Source of the DNA: Eledone cirrhosa
Taxonomy: Eukaryota
Assembly (NCBI GenBank): GCA_964016885.1
Contig: OZ024742.1
Location: 74,586,001 to 74,650,000 of the forward strand
Length of the DNA stretch: 64,000 nt
Direction of reading: 5' to 3'
Part shown: piece after piece, positions 1 through 11,628 of the stretch
Layout of the letters: each line of letters begins with the position of its first letter
Position numbering within the stretch: position 1 is the stretch's first letter
Position numbers and translations under genes: made by a program
Notes under the pieces: generated by a model
What the model was told of the DNA's origin: nothing
The model's input: the letters and a program-made list of their open reading frames with translations, nothing else
The model's database searches: none

Positions 1-2208
1 CATCGCTTTGCCCCTCCACTCGCCGAGTTGCAAAGCGACTGACTTGTCCCGGTTCAGCTTAGCCCCTGTCAACCTTTCGTACTCCTCTAGTAAGGTGCCG
101 ATTGCCTCGATTTCCGAGGCGGTCGACACCATTACTGTTACGTCATCGGCGTAGGCCGACACCGCTTTGCGCAATCCCGGTTCCAAAGGGATGCCCTGCA
201 ACAACTCCAACTTCCGCAGTAATGGCTCGAGAGTCAATACATACAGAAGGGAGGAGAGAGGGCACCCCTGTCGGATGGAGCGGGTGATTTCGAACGGCTC
301 CGAAAGGTAGCCGTTCACCTTGATTCTAGAGCAGATGCGGCTGCTGTGCATGGCAGTGATCCAGCCCCTGAAAACGGGTCCGAACCCAGCCGCCGCTAGC
401 ACCGCATCCAGGTAACCATGGTCCACCCTATCGAACGCTTTAGACTGATCTAAATTTATCAGGGCTCCACCAAAGCCGGGTTCGTTCCCAACCCTCTCTA
501 TGATGTATCGCATGAGGTGGAGGTTGTCGTGGATGGACCTGGACGGGATAGCGCATGTCTGCGCATCTCCCACCAGGCCCCCCACGACAAGCGCCAACCT
601 CTTCGCTAACACCTTCGCCAAAATCTTTAACTCTGCATTTAGCAGAGTTATGGGCCTAAAATTACTAATGTCATCCCCCTTGTTCTCGTCCTTCCTCACT
701 AGCGAGACTACGCCCTTGGTCACAGAACAGGGAATTCTCCCGTTCTGTTGCCAGTTGCAGTAGACCGCCTCGAGGAGATCGGGGAACAAGTCCGGCATAT
801 TAATATATAGTTCGTAGGGCAGACCATCGAGTCCTGGAGATTTGCGTTTGCCGCATAGGCTCAGCACGTCCCCTATTTCAGCAGCTGAGATCGGCCCGTC
901 GCAGGACCTCGCCTCCCCGTCCGAAAGACGCGGCAGGCCGTCGAGGTATGGACCGAAATCCACATCTCCAACCGGCTCCCCGCCCCTCCCGAACAATTGG
1001 GCAAAGTGCCTTTGAAAGGCCTCGCACATTTGCTTAGGTTCAAGGATCAGCCGTCCATCCTGGTCTCGCAAAGACCGGATAGTGGATTTAATCCCACTTT
1101 TCGCTTCTGTCACGCGGGCCCAGCTAACAGCTTTGGTCCCCTCGTTTCCCAGAGCACGTATTTTGCTTCGGACAACGCAGCCTTCGTGTTTCGCGTCGAA
1201 GAACTGGTTCAAGACCGTTCTCGACGCTTGCACTCTGGCCACGTTGCCGCTTCTCATTGCCTCTTCAACATTAACTACCAACTCCCTTTCCTTCCTATTT
1301 CTATCTGAGGCTAACTCCTTACTAACTCCTATTGAAACTACTCTAATCTCTCTTTTTAGAGAGCCCCACCACCTGTTGTTGACGATGGCGCCCGTCAACT
1401 GCTCCTTAACTAAGGTTCTAATCCGGTCCCTGTAAGCTCTACTTGCCGGTAAGGACAAGTTGAGCTTCCAGTAACCGGGCCCCTGCCTATGCGTTCTATC
1501 AAGGTGGACTACGCAGGTCACTAACTTGTGGTCTGAATAGCCCACCATGAGCATTTCTGGACAACTTAAAAAGTCCCTATCCTTAATTCTAACTAAGAAC
1601 CTATCTAGGTACGATCTAGATTGACCACTGTTATTTGACCAGGTCCAGGTTGGTACAGTCGGAAAATCTAGTCGGTATCTATCGGCCAGGTCGAATCGGC
1701 CGATTAACCCCTTAAGGCTGTTACACCCCCCTCTATCGGGACATGCCCCTACATAGTCCCAACGTGCATCTAGGATACCATTCCAGTCCCCCACTAAAAG
1801 CAAGGAGCGGGACGTCCCTAGAAAAGTCTCCAGACGATGGAAGAAGTCCGACCGCATTGCCCCAAAAGGGGCGTATACGGCGACAAGCCTAAAAGCTTCG
1901 CCTTCGCCATTGCCAAGGTCCAGAACCACGAGTCGACCCTCCGGGTCCAAGTGTACCGTCTGTGTAGCGAGACCCAGATGTTTTTGCAGCAGAACGACAA
2001 CCCCACCCCCACCTCCGGGCTGACAGAGAGATGCGTGCATCTCAAAGTCATCAAAGGTGGGGGTTAGCTGTCGCATGCTGCTGATCCGGGCCTCGCAAAT
2101 AACCATCACATTTACACATTGTGACCTGAGGTCACTTAGAAGTTTAGCTTGCTTCCAAGGTGAGCCCAGGCCACGCGCATTTAGACAACCCACTCTTAAG
2201 ACAGCCAT
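1..2208 (-). CDS. ORF2 (APE endonuclease + reverse transcriptase), partial at window edge
   Basis: Manual translation from ATG 2208 gives MAVLRVGCLNARGLG...LVAVYAP...LLVGDWN, later FRPITLLN and DQSKAFDRV, with AYADDV (156-139) in the same frame. The ORF track reports no terminated ORF in this frame, consistent with at least 736 open codons. Confidence 0.9.
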   Translation of the reverse strand, partial: MAVLRVGCLNARGLGSPWKQAKLLSDLRSQCVNVMVICEARISSMRQLTPTFDDFEMHASLCQPGGGGGVVVLLQKHLGLATQTVHLDPEGRLVVLDLGNGEGEAFRLVAVYAPFGAMRSDFFHRLETFLGTSRSLLLVGDWNGILDARWDYVGACPDRGGCNSLKGLIGRFDLADRYRLDFPTVPTWTWSNNSGQSRSYLDRFLVRIKDRDFLSCPEMLMVGYSDHKLVTCVVHLDRTHRQGPGYWKLNLSLPASRAYRDRIRTLVKEQLTGAIVNNRWWGSLKREIRVVSIGVSKELASDRNRKERELVVNVEEAMRSGNVARVQASRTVLNQFFDAKHEGCVVRSKIRALGNEGTKAVSWARVTEAKSGIKSTIRSLRDQDGRLILEPKQMCEAFQRHFAQLFGRGGEPVGDVDFGPYLDGLPRLSDGEARSCDGPISAAEIGDVLSLCGKRKSPGLDGLPYELYINMPDLFPDLLEAVYCNWQQNGRIPCSVTKGVVSLVRKDENKGDDISNFRPITLLNAELKILAKVLAKRLALVVGGLVGDAQTCAIPSRSIHDNLHLMRYIIERVGNEPGFGGALINLDQSKAFDRVDHGYLDAVLAAAGFGPVFRGWITAMHSSRICSRIKVNGYLSEPFEITRSIRQGCPLSSLLYVLTLEPLLRKLELLQGIPLEPGLRKAVSAYADDVTVMVSTASEIEAIGTLLEEYERLTGAKLNRDKSVALQLGEWRGKAM

Positions 2209-2231
2209 GTTGGTGGCAAAGAAAGAGGCAC

Positions 2232-3977
2232 TTACCTCTCTGCGTCCCGGGGTTCGGGTCGCTCAGTTTCCATGGGGCTGGTGGCGGGGTTGATGGGTGG
2301 GGTGGTGGTTTGTGGTGGTGTGGGGGTATTGGTGTGTGGAGGGGTTGGGATCTTTGGAGTTGTGTGGGTGTTTGAGGAGGGGAGGGGAAAACCTTTCAGG
2401 AGGACGCGGTTGAGTGGCCTGGTGCAGGGTGGGCCCACGTCCTCAGGGTACATGTCTTTTAAAGTTTTAAAAATGTCAAGTGGGATTTTCACCATTTTCA
2501 GGTTAGGGAGCCCCATTGCCGTTACGAAATTCGGCCCTTCGGTTTGTATCGAAGGGTTGGTTTCTATTTTTAAAGTTAGGTTTTCATTGTTTTTGTTTAT
2601 GTATGTGTAGAGTTTTTGTGTTGTTGTGTTTGTTTTTGCTTGTTGTTGTTGAGTGAGTTTGCGTTTTATTGTCTGTGTTGTGTTGTCAGGTGGGGTTATT
2701 TTTGTTGTTGTGGTGTGTGTACGTTTTTTTCTTTTCACTTTTTGGAAGGGAGCCCCCTCGTCTTCCGACGATATGAGCTCCTCTTCCGTATTGGAGGGGA
2801 GGGGTATATCTCCGGGTTGTGTATGAACTGTTTTTGTATTTGTGTTCTGTGGGGTGGGGCTGGGTGGGACCGTGTTTTGGGTTGTTTTCTTGAGCTGTTG
2901 TTGATGTTGTTGTTGTTGTGGTGGTGTTGTTGGTTTTTGTTGTTCTGGTGGTGATGGTAGTGTATTTTGTTGTTTTTGTGATGGTGGTGCTGGTTGTTTT
3001 TGTTGTTGTTGTGGTGTTTGTAGCAGTGGTTTTTTTGTTGTTAGTAGAGGGCAGGCCGTCCTCAGGTGACCTCTGCCAGCGCAGTGGTAACATGAGGGTC
3101 TCCTGCCTTCCACTGTGATATTTATGTAGGTTCGCCCATCCAGTAGCACTCGGTCGGGTATTCCGGAGATTCTCTCAGGTGTCATCTGTAAGAGAACCTC
3201 CAGACTTTTCCCCCCGAACAGTCCACTGGTGGACTCCCCTGCTGAAATTAGTATGTCCTTACCTAGGTCGGTAAATCCTGTTAGGACGGACCAGATGTTA
3301 ATTTCTGGCGTAGGGCTCCACATTCTTATCCTTTGTGTTCTTCTTCCTTTATATGTGGGGAAGAAGGTGTAATGTGGTGACACTATAGGTGCCACCGAAT
3401 ATTTCTGAGCCAGCATTTCGTCCTTCATTCGGACCATAATGCTGGCATACAGCTTTCCTCTTTGAATAAAGAGTATGTCATTTTTAATTTCTTTCAGAAC
3501 CAGCTCGATTTGACTTTCGGTCAATTGCGCTGGCTTTCTCGTTTCGTTGGTTATGGTTCTGTAGCTTACGGTATTCTTGTAAATCTGTTCACGCACTTCT
3601 TCTGGGGAGTTGATCGTAAAAGAACCATCCTCCCCAAAAGATACGTATTTTCTAGCCTCTAGCAAATTTTCCTTGGCGTTCGTGATGTCAATGGCTTTGT
3701 ATTCCGTGGCTCTCCTAAGTGTTTGGGCAAAAGAAATTTTGTCTTTGTTTGTTGTTGTAATGTTGTTGGTTTCCTTATTTGTGGTGCTATTTTTTTCTTC
3801 AAAATTAATTTTTTCATTTGAATTGAAATTCTTTTTTTCATTGGAGAGGAGGGGTTGTTCAACAGTTTGAACTGTTGTTCCCTCTTTCCCGCTTGTTTTT
3901 TTGGTCGGCGTGGCGTTCGCTTCCAATATGGCGATATCGTTTTCGACGATATCGTTATCAACGATATCGATAAACAT
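2232..3977 (-). CDS. ORF1 gag-like nucleic-acid chaperone (RRM-like region, CX2CX4HX4C zinc knuckle, Q/P/T-rich linker, conserved C-terminal domain)
   Basis: Intact 581 aa with CYHCAGRGHLRTAC, lying directly upstream of ORF2. Homologous ORFs at 39.4-41.0 kb, 44.9-45.9 kb and 51.7-53.2 kb. Confidence 0.88.
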   Translation of the reverse strand: MFIDIVDNDIVENDIAILEANATPTKKTSGKEGTTVQTVEQPLLSNEKKNFNSNEKINFEEKNSTTNKETNNITTTNKDKISFAQTLRRATEYKAIDITNAKENLLEARKYVSFGEDGSFTINSPEEVREQIYKNTVSYRTITNETRKPAQLTESQIELVLKEIKNDILFIQRGKLYASIMVRMKDEMLAQKYSVAPIVSPHYTFFPTYKGRRTQRIRMWSPTPEINIWSVLTGFTDLGKDILISAGESTSGLFGGKSLEVLLQMTPERISGIPDRVLLDGRTYINITVEGRRPSCYHCAGRGHLRTACPLLTTKKPLLQTPQQQQKQPAPPSQKQQNTLPSPPEQQKPTTPPQQQQHQQQLKKTTQNTVPPSPTPQNTNTKTVHTQPGDIPLPSNTEEELISSEDEGAPFQKVKRKKRTHTTTTKITPPDNTTQTIKRKLTQQQQAKTNTTTQKLYTYINKNNENLTLKIETNPSIQTEGPNFVTAMGLPNLKMVKIPLDIFKTLKDMYPEDVGPPCTRPLNRVLLKGFPLPSSNTHTTPKIPTPPHTNTPTPPQTTTPPINPATSPMETERPEPRDAER

Positions 3978-4152
3978 TTCTCAAATATTTATTTTTCACC
4001 CCAAAAGGGGTGAAAATATATTTACCCGACGTCTAGAGTCCCAGACTAGGGGTTACAGTTAATTATACAAAAGAATTCAAAAAATTCCACTCACAAAAAT
4101 AGCAGGTAAAAATCCAAATCACAGAGCGATATGACACACGTCTACTATCCTC

Positions 4153-5050
4153 AGACAGACAGACAGACAGACATACAGACAGACAGACATACAGACAGAC
4201 ATATAGACAGACATACAGGCATATAGACAGACATATAGACATATAGACAGACATACAGACATATAGACATATAGACATATAGACATACAGACAGACATAC
4301 AGACATATAGACATATAGACATATAGACATACAGACATATAGACATATAGACATACATATAGACATATAGACATATAGACAGACATACAGACATATAGAC
4401 AGACATACAGACATATAGACATATAGACATATAGACATATAGACAGACATACAGACATATAGACAGACATACAGACATATAGACATATAGACATATAGAC
4501 ATACAGACAGACATACAGACATATAGACATATAGACATATAGACATACAGACATATAGACATATAGACAGACATACAGATATATAGACATATAGACAGAC
4601 ATATAGACAGACATACAGACATATAGACATACAGACAGACATATAGACATATAGACATATAGACAGCTAGAGAGACATATAGACAGTCAGGTAGATATAC
4701 AGACACCTAGACAGACAGGTAGATATATAGACATATAGACATATAGACAGACAGGTAGATATATAGACATATAGACAGACAGGTAGATATATATATATAG
4801 ACAGACAGGTAGATATATAGACATATAGACAGACAGGTAGATATATATATATAGATAGACAGGTAGATATATATACATATAGACAGACAGGTAGATATAT
4901 ATATATATATATAGACAGACAGGTAGATATATAGATAGACAGGTAGAGATATATATATATATATAGACAGACACGTAGATATATATATATAGACAGACAG
5001 GTAGATATATAGACAGACAGGTAGATATATATATATATAGACAGACAGGT

Positions 5051-5123
<73 letters not shown>

Positions 5124-5478
5124 TAGACAGGTAGATATATATATATATAGACAGACAGGTAGATATATATACATATAGACAGACAGGTAGATATATAGAC
5201 ATATAGACAGACAGGTAGATATATAGACAGACAGGTAGATATGTAGACAGACAGGTAGATATATATATATAGACAGACAGGTAGATATATATATATAGAC
5301 CGACAGGTAGATATATATATATAGACAGACAGGTAGATATATATATATATAGACACACAGGTAGATATATAGACAGACAGGTAGATATATATATATAGAC
5401 AGACAGGTAGATATATATATATAGACAGACAGGTAGATATATATATATATACAGACAGGTAGATATATAGACATATAT
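4153..5478. repeat. Compound minisatellite: (AGAC/ATAC/ATAT) mix grading into AGACAGACAGGTAG(AT)n units
   Basis: Directly visible. It produces the spurious '[16 protein letters not shown]' ORFs. Confidence 0.97.
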
Positions 5479-7801
5479 GTTTCTTTTATTTGCCACTAGG
5501 GCATCAAAAGTGGGACAAGTACAAAGGGGGGAGTTTACACAAAAAGGCGTCCTCAATAAGGAGGAGGCAATAACAAAATATAAAAATAAAATAAGATATA
5601 ACAAAAAATAAAATTTTTAACAAAATCCTCAATAGAGAGGAGGCGCCTTGGGGGGTCGCACACACCCCCGAAAAAAGTGTGCAACCCTTCTCCTCAGGAG
5701 CACAGAGTAGGGGTGCTCCCTTGGTCTTTCATCTTCCTCACCTATAGTCTGATGTAGAGTGAAGGCCCATTCACACGGGCCATTCTCGCCACTTTCACCC
5801 ATCTTTCATAGAAACGGCTGGGGTGCAGCACCTCTCTCTCCATCCTGATCCTTCTTCCGAAATGATATCGGAAGAAACGGACCAGTTGTTGGCCAGAGAG
5901 AAAGGTGCCTGACCTCAGTCCTTTCAGACGCGTCCACCATACAACCTCTTTCGCCATGGCTATTACGCACAGAAACACCGCCTCTGCTTCATCTTTGAAG
6001 GGGGGAGGCGGCTTGATCATTACAATAGACTCGGTGGTCAACCGGATCGGTCCCACCCTTGACAGCAGTTGTTCGACATAGCCCCACAGATCGGCTACGC
6101 CCGAGCAGTGTACCAATGCGTGTGCAACGGTTTCCTCGTCGCACACGCATCTGGGACAGATCTTTTTGGCGGGGTCCCTACCCGGGCGCCCGTGTCTGTA
6201 GAGCCTTTCTCGAACGGGTAAAGCCCCTCGGTAGCACTGCCAGGCCAGGGATTTCTGGAAGTTGTCCATAGGTCCCGGGCTGAATGTCCTACCGAACAGG
6301 CTGGCCAGTTCGTCCTCCTCCATGTCTAGGGCTTCTCCGAGGGCGTCGTCGCACCTGCTGCGTACCAGCCCTCTATAGAATGTTGCGGTGGAGTCTCCAC
6401 TGATAACCGGATCCGCCTGCCAGAGGGCGGTGAGCGCCTGGGCACACTCAGTGTGCCAGGCGCCCAGTTTTCTCGGTCTTTGCTTGACCCAGGATTGCAG
6501 CTCGGTGAGTGAGACGAGTCTGGGAAAGGTTCGTCTCACAAACGAGGCCCACACCGGTTGTCCGGTGAGGAATACGTAGAGGTGCCGTAGCCTTAATGCG
6601 TGTTTACGCATCATTAGCCACGGCATCCCCAGCCCTCCTTTCGAAGGGTGTTGACAGCAGATGGATCTCCTCACCATAGGAGCCCGCCTCTTCCAAAGGA
6701 ATTGGAAGAGCGCGCGCTCCATCTTGGTGAGGGTTTCCCTTGGGCAGGGCACTACGGTCAGGCGGTAGTAGATGACGGACGCTATGTAGGTGTTCGCCAC
6801 CTCCGCCCGACCTTTCAGGGATAGTTTGCAACTGGCCCACTTCTGGGTCAGTGCAAACACCCTGTTCGTAACCTCCGCCCAGTTTTTCTCCACCTGGAGG
6901 TCCGGTCCGAACCAGACCCCGAGCAACTTCACCGGGCCCTCCGTCCAGCGTCCGACGACGCTATCGGAGGGCATCGGTCTGCCCCTCCACGTGCCGAGTT
7001 GCAAACCGATCGACTTGTCCCGGTTCAGCTTAGCCCCTGTGAACTTTTCGTACTCCTCCAGTAAGGTGCCGACCGCCTCGATTTCGGAGGCCATCGACAC
7101 CATTACTGTCACGTCATCGGCGTAGGCCGACACCGCTTTCCGCAATCCCGGTTCCAAAGGGATGCCCTGCAACAACTCCAACTTCCGCAGTAGTGGCTCG
7201 AGAGTCAACACATACAGAAGGGAGGAGAGAGGGCACCCTTGTCGGATGGACCGCGCGATTTTGAACGGCTCCGAGAGGTAGCCGTTCACCTTGACCCTAG
7301 AGCAGATGCGGCTGCTGTGCATAGCAGTGATCCAGCCCCTGAAAACGGGTCCGAAGCCTGCCGCCGCTAGCACCGCATCCAGGTAACCATGGTCGACCCT
7401 ATCGAACGCCTTAGATTGATCCAAGTTGATCAGAGCCCCACCAAAGCCGGATTCGTTCCCAACCCTCTCTATGATGTATCGCATGAGGTGGAGGTTGTCA
7501 TGGATGGACCTGGACGGGATAGCGCATGTCTGCGCATCTCCCACCAGGTTGCCCACGACAAGCGCCAACCTCTTTGCTAGCACCTTGGCCAAAATCTGTA
7601 ACTCTGTATTTGGCAGTGTTATGGGCCTGAAGTTACTTATTTCGTCCCCCTTGTTCTCGTCCTTCCTCACTAGCGTGACTACGCCCTTGGTCACAGTACA
7701 GGGAATTCTCCCGTTCTGTTGCCAGTTGCAGTAGACCGCCTCGAGGAGATCGGGGAACAAGTCCGGCATAGCTAGATATAATTCGTAAGGAAGACCATCG
7801 A
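5479..7801 (-). mobile_element. Tx1-clade copy B, 5'-truncated (RT to 3' UTR)
   Basis: Open frame 7801-5742 reads DGLPYELY...QGCPLS...AYADDV...CPRC..ETVAHALVHC...PSLYIRL*. The 3' UTR ends in ...CTAGTGGCAAATAAAAGAAAC. Closely similar to copy A over the RT. Confidence 0.92.
5742..7801 (-). CDS. ORF2 C-terminal part (RT + zf-RVT), 5'-truncated but uninterrupted
   Basis: ORF track 5742..7940. The first ~46 codons are satellite; RT homology starts near 7800. Confidence 0.85.
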
Positions 7802-10072
7802 TATATAGACAGACAGGTAGATATATAGACAGACAGGTAGATATATAGACAGACAGGTAGATATATAGACAGACAGGTAGATATATATATATATAGAGAG
7901 AAAGGTAGATATATAGACAGACAGGTAGATATATAGACATATAGACAGACAGGTAGATATATATATATATAGACAGACAGGTAGATATATATATATAGAC
8001 AGACAGGTAGATATATATATATATACAGACAGGTAGATATATATATATAGACAGACAGGTAGATATATAGACATATAGACAGACAGGTAGTTATATATAT
8101 ATATAGACAGACAGGTAGTTATATATATATATATAGACAGACAGGTAGATATATATATATATATATATAGACAGACAGGTAGATACATATATATAGACAG
8201 ACAGGTAGATATATAGACAGACAGGTAGTTATATATATATATATAGACACACAGGTAGATATATAGACAGACAGGTAGATATATATATATAGACAGACAG
8301 GTAGATATATAGACAGACAGGTAGATATATATATATAGACAGACAGGTAGATATATATATATAGACAGACAGGTAGATATATATATATATACAGACAGGT
8401 AGATATATAGACATATAGACAGACAGGTAGATATATATATATATATATATATATAGACAGACAGGTAGATATATAGACATATAGACAGACAGGTAGATAT
8501 ATATATATATAGACAGACAGGTAGATATATAGACATATAGACAGACAGGTAGTTATATATATATAGACAGACAGGTAGATATATATATATATAGACAGAC
8601 AGGTAGATATATATATATATATAGACAGACAGGTAGATATATATATATAGACAGACAGGTAGATATATATATATAGACAGACAGGTAGATATATATATAT
8701 AGACAGACAGGTAGATATATATATATAGACAGACAGGTAGATATATATATATATAGACAGACAGGTAGATATATATATATAGACAGACAGGTAGATATAT
8801 AGACAGACAGGTAGATATATATATATATAGACAGACAGGTAGATATATATATATAGACAGACAGGTAGATATATAGACAGACAGGTAGATATATATATAT
8901 AGACTGACAGGTAGATATATATATATATATATAGACAGACAGGTAGATATATAGACAGACAGGTAGATATATATAGACAGACAGGTAGATATATATATAT
9001 ATATATAGACAGACAGGTAGATATATAGACAGACAGGTAGATATATAGACAGACAGGTAGATATATAGACATATAGACAGACAGGTAGATATATAGACAT
9101 ATAGACAGACAGGTAGATATATATATATATAGACAGACAGGTAGATATATAGACAGACAGGTAGATATATATATAGACAGACAGGTAGATATATAGACAG
9201 ACAGGTAGATATATATATATATAGACAGACAGGTAGATATATATATATATAGACAGACAGGTAGATATATATATATAGACAGACAGGTAGATATGTATAT
9301 ATATATATATAGACAGACAGGTAGATATATATAGACTGACAGGTAGATATATATATATATATATAGACAGACAGGTAGATATATAGACAGACAGGTAGAT
9401 ATATAGACAGACAGGTAGATATATAGACATATAGACAGACAGGTAGATATATAGACATATAGACAGACAGGTAGATATATATATATATAGACAGACAGGT
9501 AGATATATAGACAGACAGGTAGATATATATATAGACAGACAGGTAGATATATAGACAGACAGGTAGATATATATATATATAGACAGACAGGTAGATATAT
9601 ATATATATAGACAGACAGGTAGATATATATATATAGACAGACAGGTAGATATGTATATATATATATATAGACAGACAGGTAGATATATATATATATAGAC
9701 AGACAGGTAGATATATATATATATAGACAGACAGGTAGATATATAGACATATAGACAGACAGGTAGTTATATATATATATAGACAGACAGGTAGATATAT
9801 ATATATATAGACAGACAGGTAGATATATATATATAGACAGACAGGTAGATATATAGACATATAGACAGACAGGTAGATATATATATATATAGACAGACAG
9901 GTAGATACATATATATAGACAGACAGGTAGATATATAGACATATAGACAGACAGGTAGATATATATATATAGACAGACAGGTAGATATATGTAGACAGAC
10001 AGGTAGATATACATACATATAGACAGACAGGTAGATATACAGACATATACACACACAGGTAGATATATAGAT
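7802..10072. repeat. ~2.3 kb minisatellite, unit AGACAGACAGGTAG(AT)n with optional AGACATAT
   Basis: Directly visible. Variable AT-run lengths, with recurring variant units (e.g. ATATGTATAT at ~9291 and ~9650). Confidence 0.97.
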
Positions 10073-10160
10073 AAATTTCTTTATTAGCCACAAGGGCACA
10101 AAAGAAGGGGACAAATACAAATGAGGAGTTTACATATAGGTATATAAAAAAAAAAAAAGG
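10073..10160 (-). mobile_element. Short 3'-terminal stub of a Tx1 element
   Basis: AATTTCTTTATTAGCCACAAGGGCACAAAAGAAGGGGACAAATACA...GAGTTTACA matches the 3' UTR ends at 5479, 35766 and 41377. Confidence 0.85.
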
Positions 10161-10494
10161 TAGATAAACAGACATATGGACAGACAGTCAGGTACATATA
10201 TAGAGAATTAAATTGACAGAAACACAGACAGTGGAATTTATTAACAGTGTCAGACAGATATATGTATTCTTCGCTGAAGAGTTATAAGATAGAAATAATT
10301 CTGTTGCTTTCCTTGGTTTGGCTTAAAGACCATACTGGATTTATGATATTTTTCAAAAGTTCAACCAGTTGATCTTATTGGAATTATATCATTTATCTGC
10401 TGATTAAAAAAACAAAAAATCTGATACACCGCTATAGGTATTCGGTATTCGGTAACCAAAAGAAGCGGGGTAGGTGTAAAAGTCAAACTCCCTG

Positions 10495-10915
10495 TTTTCA
10501 ACTCGGGTTACCTATTCGGGTTACCTAAGGTCGTGAATCTTGGTTAATGACCGAAAGAATACAATTGCGAATACAAGCGGCCGATTTTGGGTTCTCTGAA
10601 CCCCTTGCCTCTCTGGGTACGGATACATTAAAGCTCCGACGTCTGGCAGCTGACTTGGTAGACACCCACAACATTATAAACAATCTTTCCAGCAACAATC
10701 CTGAACACCTTTTTGAATTCCATACGTCTAACACCTGTGGACATGCTTACAAAGTCAGAAAACAGTACAGGTCCCATGACTTTCGGAAATATTTTTTCAC
10801 GCTCCTGAAGAATGGAACAAACTACCTGCATCAGTTGTTAGCTGTCGAGACACTGCAGCCTTTAAAACTTCCATACTTCCTGAAATTCGCTAACACTACA
10901 CCTCCATACACACAC

Positions 10916-11012
<97 letters not shown>

Positions 11013-11478
11013 ATGACTCATACACTGTTCACTTTCCTGACATTTGTTTATAATTCTGTGTACTATACATGCACCTTCGATGAGTTGTAGTGCACCTGAG
11101 CACTGTACACAATCATTTTCATTACATTATATTATAGAGTACGTAGCTCGGAGATCAGAGAATCGCTGCAGGTAAACCCGCTACGTCTCCGAATTGAGAG
11201 ATCACAGCTCCGATATTACGGGCATGTGGTTAGAATGCCTTAGGAAAGAATCACTGGACAGATTCATCCACGAACTCGGCTAGTCACGCTTGGGGATCCT
11301 GTCGAATGAATTGGAGACGATTGCTTCTGACAGGGCCCGCTGTAAGGAGTGTTTGAAGACTCTGCCCCACGACCCTCTCAGGAATAAGTGGGCGAAGAAG
11401 AAGAAGAAGAAGAAGAAGAAGAAGAAGAAGAAGAAGAAGAAGAAGAAGAAGAAGAAGAAGAAGAAGAAGAAGAAGAAG
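10495..11478 (+). mobile_element. Degenerate RTE-clade LINE 3' fragment with an (AAG)n tail, interrupted by a CR1/L2-like fragment
   Basis: LT(Y)GRESWLMTERIQLRIQAADFGF at 10520-10595 resumes at ~11137 (GAGTACGTAGCTCGGAGATCAGAG). It is homologous to the minus-strand element at 48.9-51.3 kb. (AAG)n at 11393-11478. Confidence 0.65.
10600..11135 (+). mobile_element. CR1/L2-group LINE 3' fragment containing a (TG)n microsatellite
   Basis: LKLRRLAADLVDTHNII...NTCGHAYKVRKQ...FRKYFFT resembles the CR1-group RT C-terminus (RRLxxDL...TRGH.YKL...FF). Confidence 0.65.
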
Positions 11479-11552
11479 CTATATCAATTTTATGTCTAAT
11501 AATTGCATGGATAATTTGTTAATCAAAACATTCAATTCACTATATCTCGACA

Positions 11553-11628
11553 CGGCTATGGGCTCGACCCGGCTAGGTGCTCGACCCGGCTATGGGCTCG
11601 ACCCGGCTATGGGCTCGACCCAGCTAGG
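11553..11628. repeat. ~17-bp tandem repeat (GGCTATGGGCTCGACCC), about 4 copies
   Basis: Directly visible. Confidence 0.85.

Larger units (their letters stand above)
1..4152 (-). mobile_element. Tx1-clade (L1 superfamily) non-LTR retrotransposon, copy A; 5' end present, apparently intact, runs off the window start
   Basis: Short 5' UTR (4152-3978), gag-like ORF1 with a CCHC knuckle, then ORF2 with APE endonuclease and RT. The 5' end abuts a (GACA/CATA) repeat. Confidence 0.92.

Noticed and set aside
7802-7940. Satellite-derived ATG in frame with the truncated RT of copy B
   Set aside because: Expected by chance because that satellite strand lacks stops; no evidence of expression.
7802-10072. 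CRISPR-like look (constant 14-mer with variable spacers)
   Set aside because: Spacers are only (AT)n runs, the context is eukaryotic, and there are no cas genes.
4063-10175. Long ORFs (up to 645 aa) of [14 protein letters not shown] type
   Set aside because: Translations of the stop-free strand of the minisatellite in all three frames; not genes.
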